IMG/VR virus record: IMGVR_UViG_3300017917_003053
Coordinates: 89,003 to 153,002 of that record
From: a virus
Length of the DNA stretch: 64,000 nucleotides
Reading direction: 5' to 3' (one strand)
Positions within the stretch are counted from its first letter, which is position 1; each line of letters starts with the position of its first letter. The translations under genes were made by a program, and so were the position numbers. The notes under the pieces are model-generated. The model worked only from the letters and a program-made list of their open reading frames with translations. It was not told the origin of the DNA and searched no databases. Below, one piece after another: positions 24,401 through 32,302 of this stretch.

Positions 24401-24923
24401 CCACTCTAACTAACTCTTTATTGAATCCGATAAATTCGCTTGTGGCGGATGAAAGAGCATTGGTGAACTTGTATATTACCCCAGTAACCGTAGCAAACGC
24501 TGCGAATCTTCTTACTGCTAATGCTGACTGTCTACCGAACTCTTCAAAACCTGTGGCTGTCTGATTCAAGGTTCTATTAGTTTGAGTTAAAGTATTATTG
24601 ACATTTCCTGCACCAGCGTTAATTCTATTTAAATTTCTGGGTATATTGCCAATGTTGTTATTTGCTGCTGCGGCTGCTCTTCCAAAAGCACTTAATGATG
24701 CTGCGGCATTTCTGGCTGCATTTTGTGTAGCATTTAAAGAAGTATTTAGTCTGTTGATAGATTGTTGTAAATTGTTAACATTTCTAGTAGTATTATTATT
24801 GATATTAACATTTACATCTGCTGTAATACCAGATAATTGTCTTCTAATATTCGCAATTACTGGTCTGATATTTGCAGGACCTCTTAAATTTAATTCTGCG
24901 GTTAGATTAAATGATCTAGACAT
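15411..24923 (-). CDS. Tail tape measure protein with embedded enzyme-like modules (3170 aa)
   Basis: N-terminal TP901-like TMP core (FNKELVRVAQVT...LAQAG...VNAVAAKFAVEASDL), A/Q/K-rich helical body, Gly-rich hydrophobic segment; follows tail tube and chaperone genes. Confidence 0.9.
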   Translation of the reverse strand: MSRSFNLTAELNLRGPANIRPVIANIRRQLSGITADVNVNINNNTTRNVNNLQQSINRLNTSLNATQNAARNAAASLSAFGRAAAAANNNIGNIPRNLNRINAGAGNVNNTLTQTNRTLNQTATGFEEFGRQSALAVRRFAAFATVTGVIYKFTNALSSATSEFIGFNKELVRVAQVTDSSLSQLSPLVKEITSLSTGLGIASKDLITVSSTLAQAGLTAKDTEKALKALALSALAPSFDSLSDTVEGSIALMRQFGISAGQLEDALGSVNAVAAKFAVEASDLITAIQRTGGVFATASRGVSEGKDALNEFLAVFTSVRATTRESAETIATGLRTIFTRIQRKDTIDALKQYGVTLTDLEGKFVGPYEAVRRLSDGLSKLDPRDLRFSQIVEELGGFRQIGKVIPLIQQFATAQAALKVAQQGQGSLAKDAATAQLSLANQITKVREEFTALIRSLGESATFQTFVRLSLDLASALIRLADSAKTVLPALTAIAAFRGVSALTRFGAGFAGGLRRQNNGGFVRGFATGGVVPGEGNSDTFPAMLTPGEFVIRKNAVKAIGVGNLHRMNRYANGGQAKDTLQNYYRGDFDNTRFSRKKDLSKTERSQLAKETKDLRSLGTSAPKQLYSSISRSAFDMMAMQTGLNKNPAIPKGTNFFDQEKYYSQETMKIIGKSFRLPGFVSTSKDFAKAKIFLDNAERSEDNWAAMMNIKTKKGAKGVDVVEQLKGTAVRGGIKKDNITGQTLYQNPPESEDEFILRPGSKFRVDKTKFVKLGVNKNLWMDVEQFAKGGFANAPLVDDITSNAAGAMLPNKIALDKILASGYGALDFDRTLKRTVGDAAYGKAKTSGQKDAVLSKYFRDPTNRLEDAKNARLTQFGRMLQKSIQDGQVNPSNLSIISKSKRTPGLAEYINELFGIPIGNMIFTGGGSKQEAYDAMRSKGPRASRVSRFINGGGVTAGKINSAFKQQYSSSKIRSMSKEEKEAKKLEIKKLLEKNSSQVPLDAEQQAGIPVGLVGLYGTPVAGAPKITPKGNKVTVWGGVLPSNFSSQYEDDIIKGFQDSISRVGSSMAQQIGAVPQTGPVIEKIMKDAGVEGVIGAALEGAIGVAGNPYSSKEFKAIDFSQGLSTKLASLFGIPPMIPTDATRTVGDTGKKGERGKGIPKFLNQVDRFLFAENPNLVPAVKTKTRKRKATGGGISGQDTVPALLTPGEFVINKKAASRIGASRLHQLNRADKIQGFNKGGSVGGIQKFAAGGFPAQLTPALGGLSPKDTAKLSKAIMDNVDAFNVLESMVSGLPTDQMLKAMRIFTSKLEKGASDINAAATEAATLAQSGGGGSRQGKKVRVANAGSSPPVGPPSPTNLATGTTESRPVRSPVGPTGFAASQARIDQIASNVGQYQRGQDVVDRRSNVMGMTSGVSNMSNAGLQFAASLKSATNPLQMLTQAAKNAGTGLLQVGKSSIMAAGRGAGGLISSIGGGALNAIGLGRFASGGRGAGGAGGGGGFGMAGMALTMVGGLGVDAISKAMGGEKTEAGRSTAAIGGSVANMASIGATVGSMFGPLGTGIGAATGALAGFVMGIGEAEKANEEYAQSQKIAASQTATDKSGKALQAYMTNPGNVTGRNSFLKSFSDASSAEASAGAGIKRQRASTFGKMFGYADETAMDAGKRRADTQKSGADQAQQFLVQEMMRTGKTFDQVSKTMSPDQFKMLTSNIAEADERYATFQIQRADEIKKLRDSGRGAEADALQAETNKELAVMSESIAKRSLAEASAAAQAKAAAEASKKLSVVMMQAVVSLEKSFNAMEEVLNRSSFELGEIGNKADEIFSGKASLTSSTLSRTNNVLQNPNAYSAGERQAAITNSAARMGTSGQLVGKVAEFGARATEQANRDANAVYNAGGSNEDIGGSVTRSLTNNILATFGPNSSMAQTLVAGVRNTVDEAVKQANEAGTTIDPSELIDKAAGPLNKAAQQAGQLLIKNNENVAKHLDELGKVAERVVEIEQRRADRTSALIEMQAQSGLSTKEALGQKVSIGERINARFAGNRARLGIQNQGDFTPQNIANMRSRAQKEQQALQAQIDRKSSEVSVNPAAAKEVANLQLKLAKVNSTIDKTTKELENLPGALEGAISDVTSEMQKRVSQLESQKQASGAFAEKLVGSTPQELMELSQTFNLLNSTLSGQITTIQQSQVAQQAYVQAIQQGKTAQEAMSDAQTAFANENKKALGLFGELTQIAGVDGPELDVMKADLLENFARAQGAGLERNPFFQKLLATLRQNPEDRAKNDPVLKALQARMDELKNAQVEAVRLQNENDRNIQKDLLEKVGKSILDSLAKTQEAFVKAMNDVAIRLGAAPQGGGGRGFATGGLVYAANGKYVNFVPKGTDTIPAMLSPGEFVVNAKSTKDNLSLLTAINNSRGGKINYLAAGGQPDLSGVSERTDKAKQQDMARSGLINQTVLSNKIDSVKGLSQTINSTTLSTKNNQIPSLDTSIDKNQTTNNQQFSALGRNLNRLSETIKGSRALSTGGIVYAADGKYINFQPKGTDTIPAMLSPGEFVVNAKSTKDNLGVLQAINSGYYADGGRLGGVDPSPLNFQRSIVSQRFNRAFKKAQPGDYVILTPRGDYVGEISGVQNIREASLRAKEEVNGYKPGIDRIIPKINYLVGQEQSKNFGEKLVAELQDQMMEAPNLFGPDAFNTTLNDREKVKDIFSKINQGANIGELYRKATKRENYLRQVQNNTSLGIRLGRGAPTFNTQDGKMQYGKNTRLLPAEVLGVQNKRATEEITAINRVWGTIKNGVKWDGTKFENGPPPEGLRRDSSTVFDALNPSSLPDRSYFNKGGVIYVEGGSYIPFKTPRDKALNDRRVANDKEMERRRNQADIDQKSKMVLSTWDPIWKKEDAQKAKEDARKRFEEEKARRKGANPTQDELKFFADWRKEEASFLAQDKKDQAKRSYEQEKIRRFNNPTLSPAQYRKRGGTIYANGGTIVPYQPKGTDTVPAMLSPGEFVVNRQASQKHLGLLQSINNGYYSKGGVAYLADGTQGTSALDSNMTYLSDILKKGAESLNLAFMNAVKKLNNLSETGPDPTQVRTNGVSNNQINPSVSIEALGNRLDRFIEQLQNAIPSTVTLEVPSPIPVNVTINGASVLADVLNGPLGNLVQRAIRDAFDQKSRQNEGY
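15916..23320 (-). repeat. Five copies of the protein repeat DT(V/I/F)PA(M/L)L(S/T)PGEFV(V/I) in the TMP
   Basis: Copies near 23268-23320, 21286-21335, 17743-17792, 17266-17315 and 15916-15965, read from the translation. Confidence 0.9.
22554..23198 (-). other. ADP-ribosyltransferase-like domain (VIP2/C3/Alt-type) inside the TMP
   Basis: 'PGFVSTSKD' (STS motif) and 'ESEDEFILRPGSKFRV' (ExE strand); the usual Arg of 'YR' is Ser ('QLYSSIS'). Confidence 0.7.
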
Positions 24924-24946
24924 AAAATATCCTTATTAAAAATATA

Positions 24947-24977
24947 ACGCCAAATCACCCATAACGATGATTGGCGC
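24947..24977 (-). terminator. Hairpin/putative terminator between the chaperone and TMP genes
   Basis: Minus strand GCGCCAATCATC-GTTATG-GGTGATTTGGCGT followed by TATATTTT. Confidence 0.45.
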
Positions 24978-25011
24978 TATATATAAAAATGCAAAAGTTA
25001 AATTATGAATA

Positions 25012-25884
25012 TCAAACTGTAGCATCACCACCGTCTGTTGATTCAACAGGAGTGGGAGCCTTGGTTTCTTGTTTGATTTCGTCTGGTGGCAATATTGGAT
25101 TGCCGTCCTCGTCCAAGAATGGTTTTGTTTCAACAACATATTCTCCTGTTTCGTTGACCCTATTGCCATCTCTGTCTACAAAATTACCATTTTCATCTAT
25201 TAATCTATTATTTTCGTCAATTAATCTTCCATCAGCGTCTATTAATCTACCCTTTTTGTCAATTCTTCTAAGCTTATCGTCAACAAACTTATACTTAGTT
25301 AAAAATTTATTTTCTGGTAAGTTCTTTTCAAAGTTATTATCTAAACCATAGATCATGTTAGCCAAATTTTGAGCACCTAAAATGGCCACAGGATCATCAG
25401 ACTTATTAAGATACTCTTCCAAATTGCTAAAATATTTTTCTCCACTATCTTTATACACCACGCAGGACGATACTAAATAGTTAAATCTTGCATTATCCGC
25501 TTGACCTTCAGCACTATGATTATCTAAACTAGTGCGAACACTAATTAAGTCTTTAATTTTATCTCGAATTTCTTGCATTTCAAAAGCTAGTTGTTTGGCC
25601 TCATTTATTCCGAAACCTCCCTTAGCTAACCTTCTTTCTCCATCAAGTAATTGTTTTTGCATGTTAGAATATTCTGCTTGTTTTTCATCATTCCATAATC
25701 CCTGATCTCGAAGCAGATCGTCTAATTTAGCTCTTACCACACTCTTGCTCTTTATGGCGTCTGTAAAGGCTTGATTATATACCTTCTGAGCTTCTCTTTG
25801 ATCATTTAATGAAGGGGATTTAACAAGGAATTCCACATCTTTATCGTTAACTTTTGCAGTAAAGGTCTTAGTTTGCATTGTCAT
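25012..25884 (-). CDS. Putative tail assembly chaperone (290 aa)
   Basis: Immediately upstream of the TMP; C-terminal 7-aa tandem repeats (GRLIDAD/GRLIDEN/NRLIDEN/GNFVDRD). Confidence 0.55.
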   Translation of the reverse strand: MTMQTKTFTAKVNDKDVEFLVKSPSLNDQREAQKVYNQAFTDAIKSKSVVRAKLDDLLRDQGLWNDEKQAEYSNMQKQLLDGERRLAKGGFGINEAKQLAFEMQEIRDKIKDLISVRTSLDNHSAEGQADNARFNYLVSSCVVYKDSGEKYFSNLEEYLNKSDDPVAILGAQNLANMIYGLDNNFEKNLPENKFLTKYKFVDDKLRRIDKKGRLIDADGRLIDENNRLIDENGNFVDRDGNRVNETGEYVVETKPFLDEDGNPILPPDEIKQETKAPTPVESTDGGDATV

Positions 25885-26188
25885 TCTCCTTATTGGTTGG
25901 TCTCATTTTGAATTTATAATTATATCTAACTTCTGGTCCATTTCTTAATTGCTTAGAAATATCACTTGCCAAGCCTCTGATTTGCTGATTACCATGGTTC
26001 AGAATATTATTTCTTACATCCTGCCACATATTATCAAAATGTATTTCGGAATCTGATAGAGGCTCATCCATATTTTTATGATGCGCCCACAGATAGCCAA
26101 AAACATTCTCAAATCTGGCCAAAGCTCCTATCATGGTTGTTTCTAGTCTTTTGATTGCTAATTGTAGAATTATCTGTTCTTCATTCAT
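25868..26188 (-). CDS. Hypothetical protein (106 aa)
   Basis: ORF coupled within the tail operon. Confidence 0.6.
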   Translation of the reverse strand: MNEEQIILQLAIKRLETTMIGALARFENVFGYLWAHHKNMDEPLSDSEIHFDNMWQDVRNNILNHGNQQIRGLASDISKQLRNGPEVRYNYKFKMRPTNKENDNAN

Positions 26189-26192
26189 GAGA

Positions 26193-27221
26193 TCATCCAG
26201 TTCTTACTGAGTTTGTTTGCATTAAAATTTGTCTTTTAACATCCGGTAAATGAAATTCGTCTAGTCCATCTGTAGATTGTGAAATAGCCCGTGCTCGTTG
26301 TTTAATGATTCTATTTGAGTCAGAAGAATTTAAATCAAAGATATTACTAGCGTCTTCTTGACTTGAAACAACAAATACTTCTTTAGCATTTTTATGTTTA
26401 CTCAATAAATCTTCGCCGGTTTTTTCTTTCTTTAAGTTCTCCATTTTCTGTTTTTGATCCAACATCCATCCGTCAAGCATATCGTCATCTTCTATAACAA
26501 AATCTTGAGGACATTCTGTATTCTCATAGATTCTATCATACATAATACTTATATTAATAAGTGTTTTTTGCTCGTCTGTCAATTGACATGCTGGTTTATT
26601 AAAAACATTATTTTTATTGCTATTCCATAATGTCTTCCAATATTCGCTTCTAGCAATTTTTTTATATGTATCAATATTAATAAAGTTTTCTGTAATATGT
26701 GATGTGATATTCATAAAAGATTCATGGTCAGGATCATTATCAAATACTCTCTCTTTATTATGTTTATAATAAATACTATGAATAAATATATATTCATTTT
26801 TTTGAAAAGCAGCATAGTCTTCCAAAGTTAGATAGTCAAAACTATGTTTTTTTTTGAAAAGTTTATTAATGGAATCTTTTGACCATTCGATATTTTTTTT
26901 GATCTTTTTCACTTTTTCTTTCTGTAGTCTGTTCAGATATAGACTAAGTTTTAATTTTTCCAAATTTTTTTCTGTAGTCTTTAGTAATTCCTCGTCCTCT
27001 GTTGTCCAAACTTCAATTTTTTCCAAAAATTTTTTAAGTCCTTCTTGTGTCATCCATGATTCGAATTTATTATTTTGTATGATTTCTTCATACAATAATT
27101 CTGCTTCATATTTAATTTCAACTGATGGACTTATATATATATACTCAATATCATTAGTCTTAAAATATAAGTGTCCTAGAGATATCCTATGGACGAGTAA
27201 CTGAATATTGTCCGTACTCAT
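26193..27221 (-). CDS. Hypothetical protein, possibly tail chaperone-like (342 aa)
   Basis: Charged helical ORF between tail tube and TMP; motif 'YDRIYENTECPQDFVIEDDDMLDGW'. Confidence 0.55.
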   Translation of the reverse strand: MSTDNIQLLVHRISLGHLYFKTNDIEYIYISPSVEIKYEAELLYEEIIQNNKFESWMTQEGLKKFLEKIEVWTTEDEELLKTTEKNLEKLKLSLYLNRLQKEKVKKIKKNIEWSKDSINKLFKKKHSFDYLTLEDYAAFQKNEYIFIHSIYYKHNKERVFDNDPDHESFMNITSHITENFINIDTYKKIARSEYWKTLWNSNKNNVFNKPACQLTDEQKTLINISIMYDRIYENTECPQDFVIEDDDMLDGWMLDQKQKMENLKKEKTGEDLLSKHKNAKEVFVVSSQEDASNIFDLNSSDSNRIIKQRARAISQSTDGLDEFHLPDVKRQILMQTNSVRTG

Positions 27222-27227
27222 TCATTG

Positions 27228-27377
27228 TCAGCTATCTTTTTTAACTAATTTTTCTAAGTCTATGATTTCTTTTTCTTTATCTTGCAGCTTTTTTTGTAAT
27301 ACGTCTATTACTCTTTGTGCTGACATTATATCTATATATAGTCTACCTATCAGACTAAACATCTGTTCTTGATCCAT
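27228..27377 (-). CDS. Small coiled-coil protein (49 aa, MDQEQMFSLIGRLYIDIM...)
   Basis: Manual translation; strong RBS (ACAGGAGG) upstream; fills the intergenic gap. Confidence 0.65.
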   Translation of the reverse strand: MDQEQMFSLIGRLYIDIMSAQRVIDVLQKKLQDKEKEIIDLEKLVKKDS

Positions 27378-27413
27378 TTGGTCCTCCTGTTTATTCCGTA
27401 GTTAATCGTCTAA

Positions 27414-28472
27414 TCAGCTTGCAGCAACACCACTGACTTTGAAGTCATTGAATGTTTGGAAGCTGTATGTTATAGTAGCATTTCCACCACCGGTGTCACC
27501 ACCAGTATAGTTAACTGAAGTTAGTTTATTTTTACTACCTAAATCTATAACATAATCAACACTACCATCAGCATTATTTGAATCGCAAATCATAATCTTA
27601 ATTTGTTTATTAGTAAGATTACTTGCTGATGCAGCAGAGCATCCGCTTTGTGAATCAAAGTCATCAGCGTCGATCTTATCGCCTTCTGTTGCTGTGATTT
27701 CAAATTCTGATGTGACTTCTACGGGGAACTGAATATATCTATAGTATGGTGATCTCTTACCAAGTTCATTGATAGCTTCACGACCAAGATTGCAACTTAA
27801 TGTGATACTATTAACGTGTAAGCCTGAACCCGCAGCAAATGAGCCGGGAAGACCACCGCTACCGCTTGGAAGAATACTATTATCCTTATTTAATGACCAA
27901 CGACGAGAAACTTTTCTTGTTTGGTCTCCATTATCAACAACTCCGGAATTAAAGGATGTGATACCACCACCAGTTGTTAATCCCCACTTCTTATGATTAC
28001 CAACTAGTGTCACATCTTCTGTAAAATTACCGTCTGATACTAGATTATAACTAACACTACTAACATACATACCTGTGCAAACAACATAGTATGCTGCGGC
28101 ACCGCTAGCTCCTGTCTTTGTATCGTCCCAGATACCAAGAGCAAGGTCGCATCTGCGGTCAGCGATATTTGTTAATGTAAGATTATCACTGCTATCGGCA
28201 GTATTTCCGTCTAGAGCTAAATTATATACTGGACGAGTACCATCTAGAACCTTATTGAGTGTAACTTCAACGTCTGGTACTTCTTCAACGTTGTCATAAA
28301 GCTCTAATTGGCCTAATTGATAAACTTGTTCTAGATTAAAGTTGGTTGTCATACCAACACTTTGAATGCCTCTTAGTACTCTTTCAGTACCATACTGATA
28401 AGAACCATTAATTGAACGGCATGGTTTGATTTTTACAGCTTGTACGGCATAGAAAATACGATTGTTTGCCAT
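27414..28472 (-). CDS. Major tail (tube) protein (352 aa)
   Basis: 'GIQSVGMTTNFNLEQVYQLGQLELY...PDVEVTLNK' two-lobed tube-like pattern; synteny; RBS AGAGG. Confidence 0.7.
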   Translation of the reverse strand: MANNRIFYAVQAVKIKPCRSINGSYQYGTERVLRGIQSVGMTTNFNLEQVYQLGQLELYDNVEEVPDVEVTLNKVLDGTRPVYNLALDGNTADSSDNLTLTNIADRRCDLALGIWDDTKTGASGAAAYYVVCTGMYVSSVSYNLVSDGNFTEDVTLVGNHKKWGLTTGGGITSFNSGVVDNGDQTRKVSRRWSLNKDNSILPSGSGGLPGSFAAGSGLHVNSITLSCNLGREAINELGKRSPYYRYIQFPVEVTSEFEITATEGDKIDADDFDSQSGCSAASASNLTNKQIKIMICDSNNADGSVDYVIDLGSKNKLTSVNYTGGDTGGGNATITYSFQTFNDFKVSGVAAS

Positions 28473-28490
28473 GGTAACCTCTATTTTGAA

Positions 28491-29456
28491 TTAGACTATA
28501 ACTTCGACGGTTAATCTAGTGATACACCAAAACATGGTTGCTGTTGTATTTTTTTGAATATCAAGAAAATTGACTTCTTTAATATATAAACGATTCCAAA
28601 CAAAATCATTATTACTAATAATTTGACCATAATTTAATCCATTAGGATTTTTTGATCCATTATTATTTAATCCATATAAATTATTATTGACAATTTTAGT
28701 TAAGTCATATAATAAAATAGTTTTGTCTTTTTGTAATCTTAATATGTCCATTAAAGTGTTGCAATCACTATAATTTTCAGTATATATGTGCAATAAAATA
28801 TCTTGTTGTCTATACGATACTAAAGATCCTAGCTCATAAGGAGAATTAGAATTCCTAGGAATTGTTTCTAGCACTATTGCTGGTAGTTGTACACGATGAG
28901 AAGAAGATACCGCATAATTCCCTTTATCTGGTTGTGATATTTGAGAATCTGGCTTAAATGCCATAGGCTGTAAAGTACTCCATAGATTATTATTAGACTT
29001 GATAATTTCACACCATCTGTAACTATAAGACATTTCAACCTTTGTTGAAGCATTTAAAGGTTTTGCAAAAATAACTTGACCATTTTCATAGTCTAATCTA
29101 TATTCTATAGCACCAGATCCTGATGGAGCAGGGTACAGGGTGTTGGCAATATATACTCCGCTAATATTGACAGGAGATGTATTTTTATATGATATTCCGG
29201 ACTCCCAGACCCAATCTTTCTTCGGTGTCTGCCACACAGTATTGGCAAGATAAGATGGATCTTTGGTTGGTTTTAAGGTATGAAATGTTGTTTTGTATAA
29301 GCCAGAAGTGGGGATATTTACATTTACGAATCCACCAACATGTAATAGTCCATAGTCTAGAAAACTTTTTAGGTTTTCTTCTACTGTTGGTATTATCATG
29401 TTATCTTGCAGACTAGTCACTCCGTGAAGTCTGTACATATTTTGGTTGCAACTCAT
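28491..29456 (-). CDS. Tail terminator/neck-like protein (321 aa)
   Basis: 'VQLPAIVLE...PYELGS...QDILLHIYTE' resembles tail completion proteins; synteny. Confidence 0.5.
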   Translation of the reverse strand: MSCNQNMYRLHGVTSLQDNMIIPTVEENLKSFLDYGLLHVGGFVNVNIPTSGLYKTTFHTLKPTKDPSYLANTVWQTPKKDWVWESGISYKNTSPVNISGVYIANTLYPAPSGSGAIEYRLDYENGQVIFAKPLNASTKVEMSYSYRWCEIIKSNNNLWSTLQPMAFKPDSQISQPDKGNYAVSSSHRVQLPAIVLETIPRNSNSPYELGSLVSYRQQDILLHIYTENYSDCNTLMDILRLQKDKTILLYDLTKIVNNNLYGLNNNGSKNPNGLNYGQIISNNDFVWNRLYIKEVNFLDIQKNTTATMFWCITRLTVEVIV

Positions 29457-30100
29457 ATATTTTGTTCTATATTTTTTTGTATAATTTGGAAAAATAAGTC
29501 TTCATTAATACTGGATATAGCTCTAGTGATCCAGTTGTTGTCTTTTACACCGGCAAACTGAGGCGGAACACCCCAGTTTTCATTAGATTCAACCATTATG
29601 GCCATACCTGTTCTAGAATTAGGATTCGGTCCTAATTTTACTTCAAAATTTTTAACTATAGGAGCAGTCCCCTGTGTTAAAAGCCACTTTAACCAAGGTA
29701 ATGTATATCCTTTGGCGTCTTGTACTATGCCGTCTGGACCACCCATAGATGCATTTACTTTATCTTCATCTATTAATATATATTTGATATTACCACTTAT
29801 TCCCTTGGTCCCTACTTTAACAGGATTTCTTAAAATTTTACCTTCACATATATCTTCTATTACTCTGTCAACTATAATAGTATCTGGTATTCCAAATTCA
29901 TATCTTAATTGACCGGTTCTAAGTGAGGCATACTCTGGTTCTTTTTTAAGATTATCTATTGTTAGAGCTTTAAGATCTTGCTGAATTCTATTAAGAGATT
30001 TTGATATAGCTGTATCTAATACATCTTTGATACTATCTAAGATAGCTTTTTTAATTTGTCCATCTGTTTCTAATAACTTAATATTTATACGCAGTGTCAT
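29453..30100 (-). CDS. Putative neck/tail completion protein
   Basis: Likely start MTLRINIK overlapping the upstream stop; synteny. Confidence 0.5.
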   Translation of the reverse strand: MTLRINIKLLETDGQIKKAILDSIKDVLDTAISKSLNRIQQDLKALTIDNLKKEPEYASLRTGQLRYEFGIPDTIIVDRVIEDICEGKILRNPVKVGTKGISGNIKYILIDEDKVNASMGGPDGIVQDAKGYTLPWLKWLLTQGTAPIVKNFEVKLGPNPNSRTGMAIMVESNENWGVPPQFAGVKDNNWITRAISSINEDLFFQIIQKNIEQNI

Positions 30101-30618
30101 GGCCTTGTCCAATTTGTAAGAATAAATTTATGCTCTCCCAAACCCATTGGAATAGGAGGTCCTGCTTTAGAGTATTGATTATTATCATATGCCTCGTTAT
30201 CTGCAACAACCATCTGTGTAGCATTTTGTAGTTTTGGCATAAGAGTGATAGAACACAGAGTCTGGGCCGCCAAATTGGGTATTTGTATATTTTTTGGTCC
30301 CCAATTTAACCAATATTTACTATCTAATATGACTCCTAGATATACCGTTTCTTCAGCATCATAAATAATTTTTCCAAAACCATTACATACTGGACATATA
30401 GATCCTTCTGGAAAAGGTAACGGTCCTGATCCATTATATTTATTGAATGATTTATCAACAATTGGATTATATAAACAATTTGTACAAAAAGACTGATCTG
30501 TAGTATTATACTTTAATTTACATGGAACAGCTAATGCTGTAGATGATAGTAGACTTTCTATAGCTTGATTGTATAAGTTTTTAAAATTTGCATCAATAAG
30601 TCCACTAAAAATATTCAT
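30097..30618 (-). CDS. Putative head closure protein with CxxC...CxxC zinc-binding motif
   Basis: Likely start MNIFSGLID; 'CTNC...CPVCNG'; synteny. Confidence 0.5.
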   Translation of the reverse strand: MNIFSGLIDANFKNLYNQAIESLLSSTALAVPCKLKYNTTDQSFCTNCLYNPIVDKSFNKYNGSGPLPFPEGSICPVCNGFGKIIYDAEETVYLGVILDSKYWLNWGPKNIQIPNLAAQTLCSITLMPKLQNATQMVVADNEAYDNNQYSKAGPPIPMGLGEHKFILTNWTRP

Positions 30619-30619
30619 G

Positions 30620-30898
30620 TTATATTTCCGATAATGGTATTTTTTTCCACGTATTAGTTGCAACGCATAGATACATATACTCTCTGTCCCACCTAATTTC
30701 TCCTGGTTGACCAGCATCAACAGATGATTGCGGAGGTGTTCCTGCTATAATTCTAGACATAGACTGTAGACTAGTTTCTACAATTTTAATTTCTGGCATT
30801 TTTTCTGTTACAATAGCATTGGTAGTCAAATTACCTTCAACATCAGACATTGTAACATTAATCAAAGACTGTGCTGTATTTACTATTACATTTGACAT
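30620..30898 (-). CDS. Small virion protein with fibre-type C-terminal motif
   Basis: 'GQPGEIRWDREYMYLCVATNTWKKIPLS' is a motif common in phage fibre/decoration proteins. Confidence 0.55.
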   Translation of the reverse strand: MSNVIVNTAQSLINVTMSDVEGNLTTNAIVTEKMPEIKIVETSLQSMSRIIAGTPPQSSVDAGQPGEIRWDREYMYLCVATNTWKKIPLSEI

Positions 30899-31335
30899 TA
30901 GCATCCCTCACATGGGGTTTCTTCTGTTGTCTCTGGAAACATCTCAGGAGATGTAGAATTAGATGGATTTACAGTCATGACACCTTTTACCAATTTAATT
31001 ATAAAGTCTCCAGCGCCACTATATAATTCATTTGGAGCTTTTAAATCCACATCATACAACGCACTACTAAAATCAAACTGACCGGTTGTAGACGATGGAA
31101 GTTTTAATGTAAGTTTTCCTTCATCTCCACTAATGGTTAAACTATAATTACTATTAACATTTCCGGTAAAATAAGTAATTGTAGTATTTGCTAAAGATCC
31201 ATCTATTGGAGTAAAACTAAATCTACCTTGCCAATTTGTTAAATTAATAATTTCATTAGTATCATCTAAATATGTAAATGATATATAAAAAATAGAACCT
31301 CTATCTAATGGAAAATTATAAGTTGGTGCTGCCAT
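30898..31335 (-). CDS. Virion adaptor protein (BppU-N-like), paralog of 43803..44219
   Basis: 'YNFPLDRGS...INLTNW...YDVDL...KLVKGVMTV'. Confidence 0.55.
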   Translation of the reverse strand: MAAPTYNFPLDRGSIFYISFTYLDDTNEIINLTNWQGRFSFTPIDGSLANTTITYFTGNVNSNYSLTISGDEGKLTLKLPSSTTGQFDFSSALYDVDLKAPNELYSGAGDFIIKLVKGVMTVNPSNSTSPEMFPETTEETPCEGC

Positions 31336-31349
31336 AATTTGTTACCTGA

Positions 31350-31865
31350 TTAAGAAAAAAATGTACGACCTCTTTGACTCGAATACATACCAAGAATACT
31401 TGGATCAAATTTATTACCAGCAAATGGACTAAGAATAGCTTTGACAGATGACGCATTGGCCACATCCCAATGTTCCACAAAATCATTATACAAGGCACAT
31501 GGGCCTTTTTCTAAAATTTCTTTCCATCCAGCTAAACTGCCACCAACAGAAAAAGCAGCCGGTCCTAAAGAAGCTCTTAATCCTTCCATAGCAGCTTTTG
31601 TTCTGAATGTGCTTTGGTCTATAATACATGCTGCTTTTAATGCTGTTAAACTAATAAATATCTCATCTCTATCAGAAGTAGGATCTGGAGTTATGGTATT
31701 ATTTAATACGTCTACTTCATATTGATGATCCAACACAACATCAAATTGTACATATTTAGCTGCCACTGTTAATACTTGCACAATTCTTTCATCAGAGTAT
31801 GATGGATTATCTGACCAATCATTAATCAGAGTTCTAACAATAACTGGCAATTCTAAATTCCACAT
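31350..31865 (-). CDS. Putative head-tail adaptor (171 aa)
   Basis: 'VRTLINDW...YSDERI' resembles connector N-termini; synteny. Confidence 0.55.
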   Translation of the reverse strand: MWNLELPVIVRTLINDWSDNPSYSDERIVQVLTVAAKYVQFDVVLDHQYEVDVLNNTITPDPTSDRDEIFISLTALKAACIIDQSTFRTKAAMEGLRASLGPAAFSVGGSLAGWKEILEKGPCALYNDFVEHWDVANASSVKAILSPFAGNKFDPSILGMYSSQRGRTFFS

Positions 31866-31907
31866 AATTATCTCCAGATTTTAAGGTTTCTTAGTATGAT
31901 ATACACC

Positions 31908-32273
31908 CTATTCTGATATGGTGTTTGGTGCAGGAGATGGCGGCTCTGGGTCTGGTTTTATGACAGTTACAGTGCCGTCCTCATTCATAGTAAACTGGCC
32001 AATTAAACTTAATCCTGGAATAATACTATCTGGTTTAATATTGCTAACAAATTGACCTAAAGCATAATGTAATTCAAACACTTCTTTTGCATTATTGCCT
32101 AACGCAGCGGCTATATCTTCTGGTGGAACTCCTCTTGGATTATCCCAAAATAATTTAGCTCCATCATTGAATGACTTTGTCATTATAGCAAAACAATTTT
32201 TTGCTTGACTGATGATTTGTCTGGCTGCCATCTCAGCCTCATTAGGCGACATGTTCAAGTCTAATATACTCAT
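31908..32273 (-). CDS. Hypothetical protein (121 aa)
   Basis: ORF with RBS GGAG; follows a fibre gene, possibly a fibre chaperone. Confidence 0.6.
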   Translation of the reverse strand: MSILDLNMSPNEAEMAARQIISQAKNCFAIMTKSFNDGAKLFWDNPRGVPPEDIAAALGNNAKEVFELHYALGQFVSNIKPDSIIPGLSLIGQFTMNEDGTVTVIKPDPEPPSPAPNTISE

Positions 32274-32302
32274 ATTAAAATCTCCAGTTTAATTTGTTAA
32301 AT

